In this document: positions 56,414 to 64,000 of the stretch, piece by piece
Position numbering within the stretch: the stretch's first letter is position 1
Layout: each line of letters opens with the position of its first letter
Assembly (NCBI GenBank): GCA_934541105.1
Contig: CAKTDA010000005.1
Location: 155,245 to 219,244, forward strand
Reading direction: 5' to 3'
DNA: 64,000 nucleotides
From: an uncultured Luteitalea sp.
Lineage (GTDB): Bacteria > Acidobacteriota > Vicinamibacteria > Vicinamibacterales > Vicinamibacteraceae
Made by a program: the position numbers and the translations under genes
The notes under the pieces: model-generated
The model's input: the letters and a program-made list of their open reading frames with translations, nothing else
Databases searched by the model: none
Told to the model about the DNA's origin: nothing

Positions 56414-58042
56414 CTAGCGGGAGTACGGCGGAGGGCCGAGGGGCTCGATGACCCAGTCACCGGCGGCGAACGGCTCGCCGCGCATCAGTTCGGCGCCAAG
56501 CCGCGCGCGTTCGGGTGACGCGCCGCCGGTGATCCGGTACAGCCACGTCGGCTCGACGACGAACCACTCCGGAAACTCGTTCAGGCGGACATAGTTGCGG
56601 GCAAGGTTCACGACACGCCGGTGCCTGGCGAAGTCGAACTGCAGCCGCGTCGCCTGCACGCCACCGACGTGCAGGCGGAGCCGATCGCCGTCGCGCACGG
56701 CGCCGAGACGAAGGCCGGGCGACTTCTCGGCCGGCATCACGCCTTGCGAGTGCATCAGCGCATGGAGCAGCAGCGTGCGGTTGAAGTTGCCTTCGCCGTA
56801 CCAGTCCTCGATGTGTCCGTCGGGCCGCTGCATGCCGAGCATCACCGTCGTCTCGGACTCGATCCAGTCGAGCGCCTCCGGCACGGGTTCACGATTCACG
56901 AGATACAGCGCGCTCTCGATGGCGTCCGCGTAGCCGTCGAACGACCCGAGCGGCAGGCCGGCCGCGGCGGGACGCGGTTCCCACACGTGACGCCGGTACT
57001 TCGGCAGGTTCGCGAGCACCCGCCGCACCGCATCGCGGTACGTGGTCTCGCCCGTGACCTGGTAGAACGTGTAGACGGCGCCGTACACGTAGCCCCAGTT
57101 GTCCGAGAGGCGGTCGTCGATCGGGGCGAGCGTGCGCGCGTCGACCTGGTTGAACAGCATGCCGTCGGGATTTGCCGACGCCAGCACGCGGTCGAGCATG
57201 CGGCGCACGACGGGTGCGTACCGCGCCGCGCGCTCCGACTGCAGGTCGGCCTCGAGGGCATACAGCAGCGTGAGCCCGACGACGAGTTCGTTGCCGTGAT
57301 CGCGCAGGCGCAGGTGGGGCTCGCCGGTGTGCGTGGCGAAGTCCCATTTCGTGGACGGCACGCCGAAGTTGCCGGGCAGCACCTCCTCCACGTAGGCGTC
57401 GCCGATGCGGCGCGCCCAGGCGAGATACCGCGGGTCGCCCGTCATCGTCGCGAGCCGGACGAGCACCTGGAGGAAGTCGCCGTTCAGTTCGCTGTCGCTT
57501 GCCGGCAGGTTGCCGTAGCGCGACGCGACCGGCGCGCGCTCCATGGCATCGGCCACCATGTCGGCCATGCGGTGGAACCACGGCGTGCGCCCGAGCAGTT
57601 CGGTGACCGTGACGAGGCCGTCCTTCGCGTACTCACCTGCGCCGAAGAGGCTCGCCGGGCCGAGGACCCCGGTGCGGAGGTCCAGCGGACCAGGCACCGA
57701 GGCATCGGCCGTCATGTGGCGGACTTCATGGCGCAGCATCTCGAGCATGCGCCCTTCGTAGAGTGCCGGATCCGTGAGGCGCGCCGTGAGGATCAGGTAG
57801 GGGTAGAGGTCGGCCGCGAAGTTGTGCGGCGTCGCCACGCGGGCCTCGGTGCCGAGACGATCGGGCATCAGGCCGGTCGCTGGATCGGCTGCCCGCAGCC
57901 AGGCGTGCATCAGGCGTTCGGCAGCGGCAATCGATCGCGCGTACGCGTCTGCATTGCGTTCGGGCGTCTGCGCCGCGGCCACGCCGCCCGCCGCCAGCAC
58001 CATGACGATTGCAACAGCCGCCGGCCATCCGCCTGCCCGCAT
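56414..58042 (-). CDS. secreted hypothetical protein (helical-repeat, possibly glycan-active)
   Basis: ORF 56414..58042 with consistent codon bias and a signal peptide ...AAGGVAAAQT. No motif I can assign. Sits between the oxidase and the BNR protein. Confidence 0.7.
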   Translation of the reverse strand: MRAGGWPAAVAIVMVLAAGGVAAAQTPERNADAYARSIAAAERLMHAWLRAADPATGLMPDRLGTEARVATPHNFAADLYPYLILTARLTDPALYEGRMLEMLRHEVRHMTADASVPGPLDLRTGVLGPASLFGAGEYAKDGLVTVTELLGRTPWFHRMADMVADAMERAPVASRYGNLPASDSELNGDFLQVLVRLATMTGDPRYLAWARRIGDAYVEEVLPGNFGVPSTKWDFATHTGEPHLRLRDHGNELVVGLTLLYALEADLQSERAARYAPVVRRMLDRVLASANPDGMLFNQVDARTLAPIDDRLSDNWGYVYGAVYTFYQVTGETTYRDAVRRVLANLPKYRRHVWEPRPAAAGLPLGSFDGYADAIESALYLVNREPVPEALDWIESETTVMLGMQRPDGHIEDWYGEGNFNRTLLLHALMHSQGVMPAEKSPGLRLGAVRDGDRLRLHVGGVQATRLQFDFARHRRVVNLARNYVRLNEFPEWFVVEPTWLYRITGGASPERARLGAELMRGEPFAAGDWVIEPLGPPPYSR

Positions 58043-58069
58043 CGCGCCCCCAATCCCGCTACCCGGCCC

Positions 58070-59203
58070 TTACGGTTCCCAGATGGTCGCGCCGATGAAC
58101 CGCTCGGCGTCGCCGACGTTGTAGTAGTACACCGTCACGAGCTTGCCGTCGGGGCGCTGCACGGTCCGCGTATACCCCAGATCCCACGTGCCGCCATCGT
58201 CACGCAGCACGATGTCGTCACTCCACGTGCGGCCGTCGTCGGTGCTGACCCGTGCGCGAATGCCGTAGGGCTCGGCGCGATAGCCATACGTGAGCACGAG
58301 GCGGCCGTCCTTCAGCTTCACGAGGCTCGACGGGTTGCCGCGTCCCGTGTCGGGCACCGCGCGCGTGAGGTGCTGCCACGTGGCGCCGTTGTCGTCGGAT
58401 CGATACGCCTCGATCCAGCGCCGGAACCTCACGGTCGTGACGAGGGACGTCGGTGAGAGCCGCACGGTGGACGGCATGATGCCGTAGTCGTTGTCGGCTG
58501 GCTCGGGGTGCACGTCGCCGACCTTCTGCCAGGTCTTGCCGCCATCGGTCGTGCGCGCGGCAATCACGCGTCCCTCACGCCCGTTGGATTTGGCTGCCGT
58601 GAGCAGCAGCGTCATCGCCTGCGGACCATCGACGATGTAGTCGGTGCGGGCGGCGATGCCGGGCGTGCCGAAGTCGGGCAGCGCGTAGGGGCCCTGCCAC
58701 CGCTTGCCGCGGTCGGTGGAGTAGTAGAAGCGCGACGGTCCGGTGTGGATGCTGGCCATCCGCGCGGTGAACACGAAGTCGGGATGCGTGAACGGGATGT
58801 TGCCAGGGCTCTCGGTCACCGGCCGCCCGCCGGCTTCCACGGGCACGCCCGCCTGCTGCACGCCCGGAGGCGGCTTGAGGTCGTCAGGACGCTCGATGCT
58901 CCACGTCGCGCCGCCATCGAGGCTGCGGGCGAGCAGGTGCTCGGCCGGCCGCGTGTAGTCGATGGAGTGGCCGCGCTGGCTGTCCTTGAAGTAGCCGGAC
59001 TCGAAGCCGACGAGGATCTCGTTGTTCCACGACCAGATGCCGTGGTTGGCGGGCCAGCCGCCGTATCGGCCGGCGACCTTGTAGACGTCGATGTGCTGGA
59101 CGCTGCGCGCTTGACGCGGTGCAGCCAACAGGAGCGCGGATGCCGCCACGGGCACCAGCGCACAGGCGAGGAGGGTGCGATGCATGCGAGATGGTCGCAC
59201 CAT
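58070..59203 (-). CDS. BNR-repeat (sialidase-like) beta-propeller protein, secreted
   Basis: ORF 58070..59203. Five Asp-box repeats: SLDGGATW, STDRGKRW, TTDGGKTW, SDDNGATW, STDDGRTW. Confidence 0.85.
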   Translation of the reverse strand: MVRPSRMHRTLLACALVPVAASALLLAAPRQARSVQHIDVYKVAGRYGGWPANHGIWSWNNEILVGFESGYFKDSQRGHSIDYTRPAEHLLARSLDGGATWSIERPDDLKPPPGVQQAGVPVEAGGRPVTESPGNIPFTHPDFVFTARMASIHTGPSRFYYSTDRGKRWQGPYALPDFGTPGIAARTDYIVDGPQAMTLLLTAAKSNGREGRVIAARTTDGGKTWQKVGDVHPEPADNDYGIMPSTVRLSPTSLVTTVRFRRWIEAYRSDDNGATWQHLTRAVPDTGRGNPSSLVKLKDGRLVLTYGYRAEPYGIRARVSTDDGRTWSDDIVLRDDGGTWDLGYTRTVQRPDGKLVTVYYYNVGDAERFIGATIWEP

Positions 59204-59220
59204 TTGAAACTCGTTTCAAA
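59203..59220. promoter_or_regulatory. AT-rich perfect palindrome TTTGAAAC-TC-GTTTCAAA
   Basis: 8-bp arms in the 25-nt spacer between the CGNR gene stop (59229) and the BNR gene start (59203). The local sequence catttgaaactcgtttcaaaattttgattca is strikingly AT-rich for this genome. Confidence 0.35.
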
Positions 59221-59228
59221 ATTTTGAT

Positions 59229-59951
59229 TCACGCACGGTGACGACCCGTGTTCCGGGCCCGCTGTCGTTCCCTGAACCGGCGGACCTTGTCCGCGTTGCC
59301 GCACACGGCCATGTCGCACCAGTGGCGGCGCCCGGACCGGCTCGTGTCGAGGAACAGCCATCCGCAGGTCGAGGCGGGGCAGCGCCCGATGCGGCGGACG
59401 CGATCGCTCGCAAACAGGTCGGCCGCCGACAGGGCGATGGGCCACAGCATCGCGTCGAGCGCCGTCGGGTCGTCGAAGGCGACGGCGTACCGGCCTGCGC
59501 CCGCGCGCCCGTCGACGAAGACGAGGTGCTCGTGCCGGCGGGCGGCACGGACCTCCTGGTTCAACAGTGCGAGGTCTTCGAGCGCGGGCGCACGTTGCTC
59601 GGCCGCGGCTCCGCCCAGGGCGTAGATCGCGGCACGGAGGCGAATCGCGCGGCGCAGCACGCCGGCCGCGGCGCGGCGGTTCGCACGCCCCCGCGCGGCG
59701 GCTTCCCGCGCCCGGTCCTCGTCCATCACGCCAATCCAGCCCGCCCACTCGACGAGCCGCTCGTACGTCGTCAGACGCTCGCTCCGCACGACGTCCCGCG
59801 GGTGCAGCGTTCGGTCGTCGCCTGCTGCAGGGCTCCAGCCTCCGGTCGTGTTCACAAAATCGAGGCAGGCCACGCCGCCGACGGCATTGCTGAAGATCGG
59901 GTGCGCCGCGGGTGCAGGCGGTGCAGCTGATGCGTGGCGTGCTGTAACCAT
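59229..59951 (-). CDS. CGNR zinc-finger (ABATE domain) putative regulator
   Basis: ORF 59229..59951. C-terminal CPASTCGWLFLDTSRSGRRHWCDMAVCGNADKVRRFRER is a zf-CGNR signature. Confidence 0.85.
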   Translation of the reverse strand: MVTARHASAAPPAPAAHPIFSNAVGGVACLDFVNTTGGWSPAAGDDRTLHPRDVVRSERLTTYERLVEWAGWIGVMDEDRAREAAARGRANRRAAAGVLRRAIRLRAAIYALGGAAAEQRAPALEDLALLNQEVRAARRHEHLVFVDGRAGAGRYAVAFDDPTALDAMLWPIALSAADLFASDRVRRIGRCPASTCGWLFLDTSRSGRRHWCDMAVCGNADKVRRFRERQRARNTGRHRA

Positions 59952-60006
59952 GGATTCGGCCTTGACAGGTTACGCGGCGTCGCGAATGATGTAACCCGGA
60001 TTCGCC
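59944..60006. promoter_or_regulatory. divergent control region: GTAACC..GGATTCG direct repeats, central GGTTAC, TTGACA-17-AATGAT promoter
   Basis: GTAACCATGGATTCGGCC (59944-59961, overlapping the CGNR start codon) and GTAACCCGGATTCGCC (59991-60006, abutting ATG 60007). Inverted GGTTAC at 59968-59973. TTGACA at 59962-59967, 17-nt spacer, AATGAT at 59985-59990. Confidence 0.4.
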
Positions 60007-60972
60007 ATGACACAGGTTACACCACTCGTCGTCCTCGGCGCACCAAGCGCCATCGGCATCCGCCCCTACGACGATGGCCGTCCGAGGCGGCTCGATCGCG
60101 CGCCGGCGATGCTGCGCGCCCAGCGGCTCATCGGGCGGCTCGGTGCGCAGTATCTCGGCGAGGTCGCCCCGCCGCCCTACCGGGATGTCGAACGTCCGGC
60201 GTCCGGCGTGCGCAACGAGCGGGAACTCGACACCTACAGCCACCGGCTTGCCGCGCGCGTCGGCGACGTCCTCGCCGCGAGCCCACGCCCCTTTCTCCTG
60301 CTGCTCGGCGGCGACTGCAGCATCCTGCTCGGCGCGCTCCTCGGCGCGTCACGCGGCGGACGGCGCATCGGGCTTGCGTACGTGGACGCGCACGCCGACT
60401 TCGCCACGCCGGGGGAGGCCCTCACCGGATCGGCGGCCAGTTCGGCGCTTGCCATGGCCGTGGGTCGCGGCGACACGCCGCTCGCACGCCTCGCCGGCAC
60501 GCACCCGCTCGTCCAGAGCCGCGACGTCGCACTCGTCGCGCGTCGCGACGGCCACGAACCAGCGTACGGACACGCGGCCCTCGCCACGTCGCCCGTGCGC
60601 GACCTGACGGCCAACGACCTGCTCGCACGCGGGCCCGCGTGGACCGCCGCGGCCGTGCTCGATCGCGTCGCGGCGCCCGGCGTGGACGGGTTCTGGATCC
60701 ATTTCGATGCCGACGTCCTCGATCCCGCATTCATGCCGGCCGTGGACTCGCCCGAGCCCGACGGTCTCGGCCCGGACACCGCGATCGCGCTCCTGCGTCC
60801 GCTCGTGTCGCACCCGCGCGCGCTTGGTCTGCAGGTGACGATCTACGACCCGGGCCTCGATGCCGACGGCACGAGTGCGCGCCGTCTCGTGGACCTGCTC
60901 TGCGCCGTCCTCGATGGGGCGCAGCCGGTGCCGCACGCCGAGGATGTCGACGCCGTGCCGGCAGGGGCCTGA
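60007..60972 (+). CDS. arginase/agmatinase/formiminoglutamase-family hydrolase
   Basis: ORF 60007..60972. LLLGGDCS, YVDAHADF and IHFDADVLDP are ureohydrolase Mn-binding motifs. Confidence 0.85.
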   Translation: MTQVTPLVVLGAPSAIGIRPYDDGRPRRLDRAPAMLRAQRLIGRLGAQYLGEVAPPPYRDVERPASGVRNERELDTYSHRLAARVGDVLAASPRPFLLLLGGDCSILLGALLGASRGGRRIGLAYVDAHADFATPGEALTGSAASSALAMAVGRGDTPLARLAGTHPLVQSRDVALVARRDGHEPAYGHAALATSPVRDLTANDLLARGPAWTAAAVLDRVAAPGVDGFWIHFDADVLDPAFMPAVDSPEPDGLGPDTAIALLRPLVSHPRALGLQVTIYDPGLDADGTSARRLVDLLCAVLDGAQPVPHAEDVDAVPAGA

Positions 60973-61005
60973 CGCCGGCAGCCGGGAACCGCTACGATCG
61001 GGGCC

Positions 61006-62154
61006 ATGATCCGGCCCCTGATCGTGCTGGCGGTCCTCGCGACCGTGGGTGGAGTGGCGACGTGGACGATGGCGCAGCCGGACGCCCGGGAGCCGCCGAT
61101 GGGCCAGGCGATCTTCGTGGGCGACACCGTGCTGAAGCCGTACGACCCGACGCCCGCGCTCGTCACCGACGAGACGCCAATCGCGCGCGCGAAGTACCCG
61201 GCCACCGACATCCACGCGCACTGGCCCGCGAGCATCGAGCCCGCGGCGCTGCTGAAGGCGATGGACGATCTCGGCGTCGAGCGCGCGGTGAACCTCAGTG
61301 GCGGTTTCGGCGAGCCGCTCGATCGCATGCTCGCGCGCTATCACGACGCGGCTCCCGGCCGGCTCGTCATCTTTGCGAACATCGACTTCTCGCGCATCGA
61401 CGAACCGGGCTTCGGTTCCGCCGCGGTGGCGATGCTCGAACGCGCGAAGGCGCGCGGAGCCGCCGGAGTGAAGATCTTCAAGAGCCTCGGCCTCACGATC
61501 AAGGACCGCAGCGGGCGCATCGTGCCCATCGACGATGCGCGGATCGATCCGATCTGGGATGCGTGCGGCCGGCTCGGACTGCCGGTGTTGATCCACTCGG
61601 CGGATCCGGTGGCGTTCTTCCAGCCGATCGATGCGCGCAACGAGCGCTGGCTGCAGTTGAAGCGGCACCCCGACTGGAGCTTCCACGGTCCGGCATTCCC
61701 TGCCCGCGACGAGGTGCTCGCCCAGCGCGATCGCGTGATTGCGCGTCACCCGCGCACGACGTTCATCGGCGCACACTTCGGCGACAACGCCGAGGACCTC
61801 GCCGCGCTCTCGCAGCGGCTCGAGCGGATGCCCAACTTCGTCGTCGATCTCTCGGCGCGCGAGGCCGAGATCGGCCGGCAGCCGTACACGGCGCGACGCT
61901 TCTTCCTGCGCTGGCAGGACCGCGTGCTGTTTGGCACGGACCGCTATCCGGGACGCCCCGATCAGCCGCGCCATCGCCTGTACTACCGGCTGCTCGAGAC
62001 CGACGACGAGTACTTCAAGTACTACGACCATGCGTTCCCGCCGACCGGAGAGTGGCGGGTGTACGGGCTCCACCTGCCCGACGACGTCCTCGAGAAGGTC
62101 TACCGGACCAATGCCGATCGCGTGCTCGGCTGGCGCGTCGCCGACCGTCGATAG
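61006..62154 (+). CDS. amidohydrolase-2-type metal-dependent hydrolase, secreted
   Basis: ORF 61006..62154 with signal peptide. TDIHAHW, LIHSADP, FGTDRYP, and a C-terminus similar to the 50225-50352 remnant. Confidence 0.85.
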   Translation: MIRPLIVLAVLATVGGVATWTMAQPDAREPPMGQAIFVGDTVLKPYDPTPALVTDETPIARAKYPATDIHAHWPASIEPAALLKAMDDLGVERAVNLSGGFGEPLDRMLARYHDAAPGRLVIFANIDFSRIDEPGFGSAAVAMLERAKARGAAGVKIFKSLGLTIKDRSGRIVPIDDARIDPIWDACGRLGLPVLIHSADPVAFFQPIDARNERWLQLKRHPDWSFHGPAFPARDEVLAQRDRVIARHPRTTFIGAHFGDNAEDLAALSQRLERMPNFVVDLSAREAEIGRQPYTARRFFLRWQDRVLFGTDRYPGRPDQPRHRLYYRLLETDDEYFKYYDHAFPPTGEWRVYGLHLPDDVLEKVYRTNADRVLGWRVADRR

Positions 62155-62192
62155 GGTGACGACGCGGGCCGGCCCAGCCGCGGCGGTGGATG

Positions 62193-63581
62193 TCAGGCGT
62201 CGAAGATCTTGCCGGGGTTCATGATGCCGTGCGGATCGAGCGCGCGCTTGATGGCGCGCATCATCGCCACCGCGTCGTCTCCGGCCTCCTCGACGAGGAA
62301 TCCCTTCTTGTGCAGGCCGATCCCGTGCTCGCCCGAGCAGGTGCCGCCCATCGACAGCGCACGGCGCACGAGCGCGTGATTGAGCCGCTCGGCCACCTCC
62401 CAGTCGGCGGCGCTGTGCGGATCGATCAGGTACCCGAAATGGAAGTTGCCGTCGCCGACGTGCCCGAGGACGTAGTGCGGCAGCCCCGTCGCGTCGGCTT
62501 CCGCGGCTGACGCGAGCAGGCAGTCGGCAAGGCGCGACATCGGCACGCACGTGTCCGTGGACACGACGCGGCGGCCGGGATGCGCCTGGAGCGCCGCGAA
62601 GTACGCGTGGTGGCGGGCCGTCCACAATCGTGCGCGTTCCTCCGGCGTGCGCGCCCACGCGAACGCGGTGCCGCCCTCGTCTGCCGCGATCTGCTGGGCG
62701 ATGCGCGACTGGTCCGCGACATCGGCGGCCGACCCGTGGAACTCCATCAGCAGCATCGGCTCCTCGGGCAGCGTCAGCGCGGAGTGCGCGTTGACCATGC
62801 GCACCGTGTGCCGATCCACGAGTTCGCAGCGCGCGATGGGGACTCCGGCCTGGATGACCGCCATCGCCGTGCGGACAGCGCGGCCGACATCCGCGAACGA
62901 GCAGGTCGCGGCGGCCATGGCGTCGGGCAGCGGGTGCAGCTTCAGCGTCGCCTCGGTGATCACGCCGAGCGTACCTTCGCTGCCGATCAACAGCCGCGTG
63001 AGGTCGTAGCCGGCGCTGCTCTTGCGCGCGCGCGTGCCCGTGCGGATGACGTCCCCCGTCGCGGTCACCACTTCGAGCGCCAGCACGTTGTCGCGCATCG
63101 TGCCGTAGCGGACGGCGTTGGTCCCACTCGCGCGCGTCGCGCACATGCCGCCAATCGTCGCGTCCGCGCCGGGATCGACGGGGAAGAACAGGCCGCGGCC
63201 CTCGAGCGCGCGATTGACCGCCGACCGCGTCACGCCCGCCTGCACGGTGATCGTCATGTCGTCGCCGTGGACGGCGACGATGCGTGCCATGCGGCTGAGG
63301 TCGAGGCTGATGCCGCCGTGCACGGCGAGAAGGTGGCCTTCGAGCGACGATCCCGCCCCGTACGGAATGATCGGCGTCCCGTGGGCGAGCGCGATCCGCA
63401 CGGCATCGCGGACGTCGCCGGTGGACTCGGCGTAGACGACCGCAGCAGGCGGCGGAACGTCGACGAACGCCGACTCGTCCCGCCCGTGCTGCTCGCGCAC
63501 CGATCGCACGGTGGAACAGCGTTCGCCGAAACGGGCCCTGAACGCATCGATCGCGGCATCCGCAACCGGCGATTCGATCAT
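62193..63581 (-). CDS. FAD-binding oxidoreductase (GlcD / D-lactate dehydrogenase-like)
   Basis: Internal ATG (comp. 63579-63581) of ORF 62193..63806, ATGA overlap with the upstream gene stop. IIPYGAGSSLEGH, GMCATRASG and C-terminal SGEHGIGLHKK...DPHGIMNPGKIF. Confidence 0.88.
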   Translation of the reverse strand: MIESPVADAAIDAFRARFGERCSTVRSVREQHGRDESAFVDVPPPAAVVYAESTGDVRDAVRIALAHGTPIIPYGAGSSLEGHLLAVHGGISLDLSRMARIVAVHGDDMTITVQAGVTRSAVNRALEGRGLFFPVDPGADATIGGMCATRASGTNAVRYGTMRDNVLALEVVTATGDVIRTGTRARKSSAGYDLTRLLIGSEGTLGVITEATLKLHPLPDAMAAATCSFADVGRAVRTAMAVIQAGVPIARCELVDRHTVRMVNAHSALTLPEEPMLLMEFHGSAADVADQSRIAQQIAADEGGTAFAWARTPEERARLWTARHHAYFAALQAHPGRRVVSTDTCVPMSRLADCLLASAAEADATGLPHYVLGHVGDGNFHFGYLIDPHSAADWEVAERLNHALVRRALSMGGTCSGEHGIGLHKKGFLVEEAGDDAVAMMRAIKRALDPHGIMNPGKIFDA

Positions 63582-64000
63582 TCCGGTGATCCGGAGGGAG
63601 GCGTCCCGGCGGCCCCGGCCGCTGCCGGGCGCAGGATCACGTACGTCGGCAGTCCGACCGACTTGAAGCGCGCAAGCAGCGCGCGCGCGGGTTCCTCGTC
63701 GGGCTGCTCGGCCTGCACCTTCACCTTGACGTACGTCGCGAGCGCTGCCGTCACCGAGGGATCCTCGAACGTCGTCGAGTCCATCGTCAGGCAGTTCTTG
63801 CACCACGTTGCCCAGAAGTCGATCAGCACGGGGCGCTGTTCACGCTCCGCCAGGGCAAGCCCTTCGCCGAGCGACGCGGTCCAGCCTTCCTGCAGCTTGT
63901 CGGCCACGCTGCGGCTCACGGCACCGGCATCGACCCAGCGGTTCTCGAAGAGCGTGTAGGCCAGGTAGCCGTAGTATGCGGCCGTGGCGAGGATGAGCAG
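63578..64000 (-). CDS. DsbD-like thiol:disulfide interchange protein, C-terminal thioredoxin domain (5' part beyond window)
   Basis: The frame of ORF 63578..63919 stays open to the window end (upstream residues LLILATAAYYGYLAYTLFENRW look like a TM helix). PVLIDFWATWCKNC is a thioredoxin CxxC motif. Confidence 0.8.
   Translation of the reverse strand: MLILATAAYYGYLAYTLFENRWVDAGAVSRSVADKLQEGWTASLGEGLALAEREQRPVLIDFWATWCKNCLTMDSTTFEDPSVTAALATYVKVKVQAEQPDEEPARALLARFKSVGLPTYVILRPAAAGAAGTPPSGSPE

Overview
Very GC-rich bacterial chromosomal segment; third codon positions are almost all G/C, so many long antisense shadow ORFs in the track are not genes. I call about 60 protein-coding genes, one tRNA-Arg(TCT), three gene remnants, no rRNA, no CRISPR and no intact mobile element. 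Gene content suggests a soil Acidobacteriota/Gemmatimonadota-like genome (inference only): CarboxypepD_reg-type TonB-dependent receptor, PEP-CTERM protein, many Tat-exported Gfo/Idh/MocA oxidoreductases with xylose-isomerase-like TIM barrels and DUF1080, and DinB proteins.

Layout:
- 1-2.6 kb: less GC-rich, decayed accessory patch next to the tRNA, with an AbrB-type antitoxin, a Doc toxin and a frameshifted TIGR02391 gene.
- 2.6-7.7 kb: housekeeping and miscellaneous genes (acpH, D-aminoacylase, Rsm22-like methyltransferase, DinB).
- 7.7-14.1 kb: five-gene minus-strand sensory operon (porin, small PBP-like protein, MCP, DMT transporter, PAS hybrid kinase).
- 14-33 kb: carbohydrate scavenging genes (GH95, RhaM, lactonase, TonB receptor, repeated Gfo/TIM-barrel/DUF1080 modules).
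- 33.5-36.6 kb: ECF sigma factor translationally coupled to an atypical membrane Ser/Thr kinase.
- 45-48.9 kb: hemN-hemH-hemY.
- 50-64 kb: LarA-like cluster, secreted oxidase/BNR cluster, CGNR regulator with an arginase-family operon, and GlcD/DsbD.

The most unusual signal not explained by genes is a dispersed family of short tandem repeats. Units are 6-7 nt (CGAACGC / CGAAGGC and rotations), with 13-, 14-, 15- and 21-nt super-periods. They fill at least seven intergenic spacers. The largest array (about 130 nt) occupies the divergent promoter region between the rhaM operon and the GH95 gene.

Other notable points:
- The Doc toxin has Gln in place of the catalytic His.
- A 27-nt direct repeat brackets the TA module.
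- A deletion scar fuses a TonB-receptor 5' end to an amidohydrolase 3' end.
- Repeated operator-like motifs lie between the CGNR regulator and the arginase-family gene.

All functional calls rest on my recognition of motifs in the translated ORFs. No database search was run.
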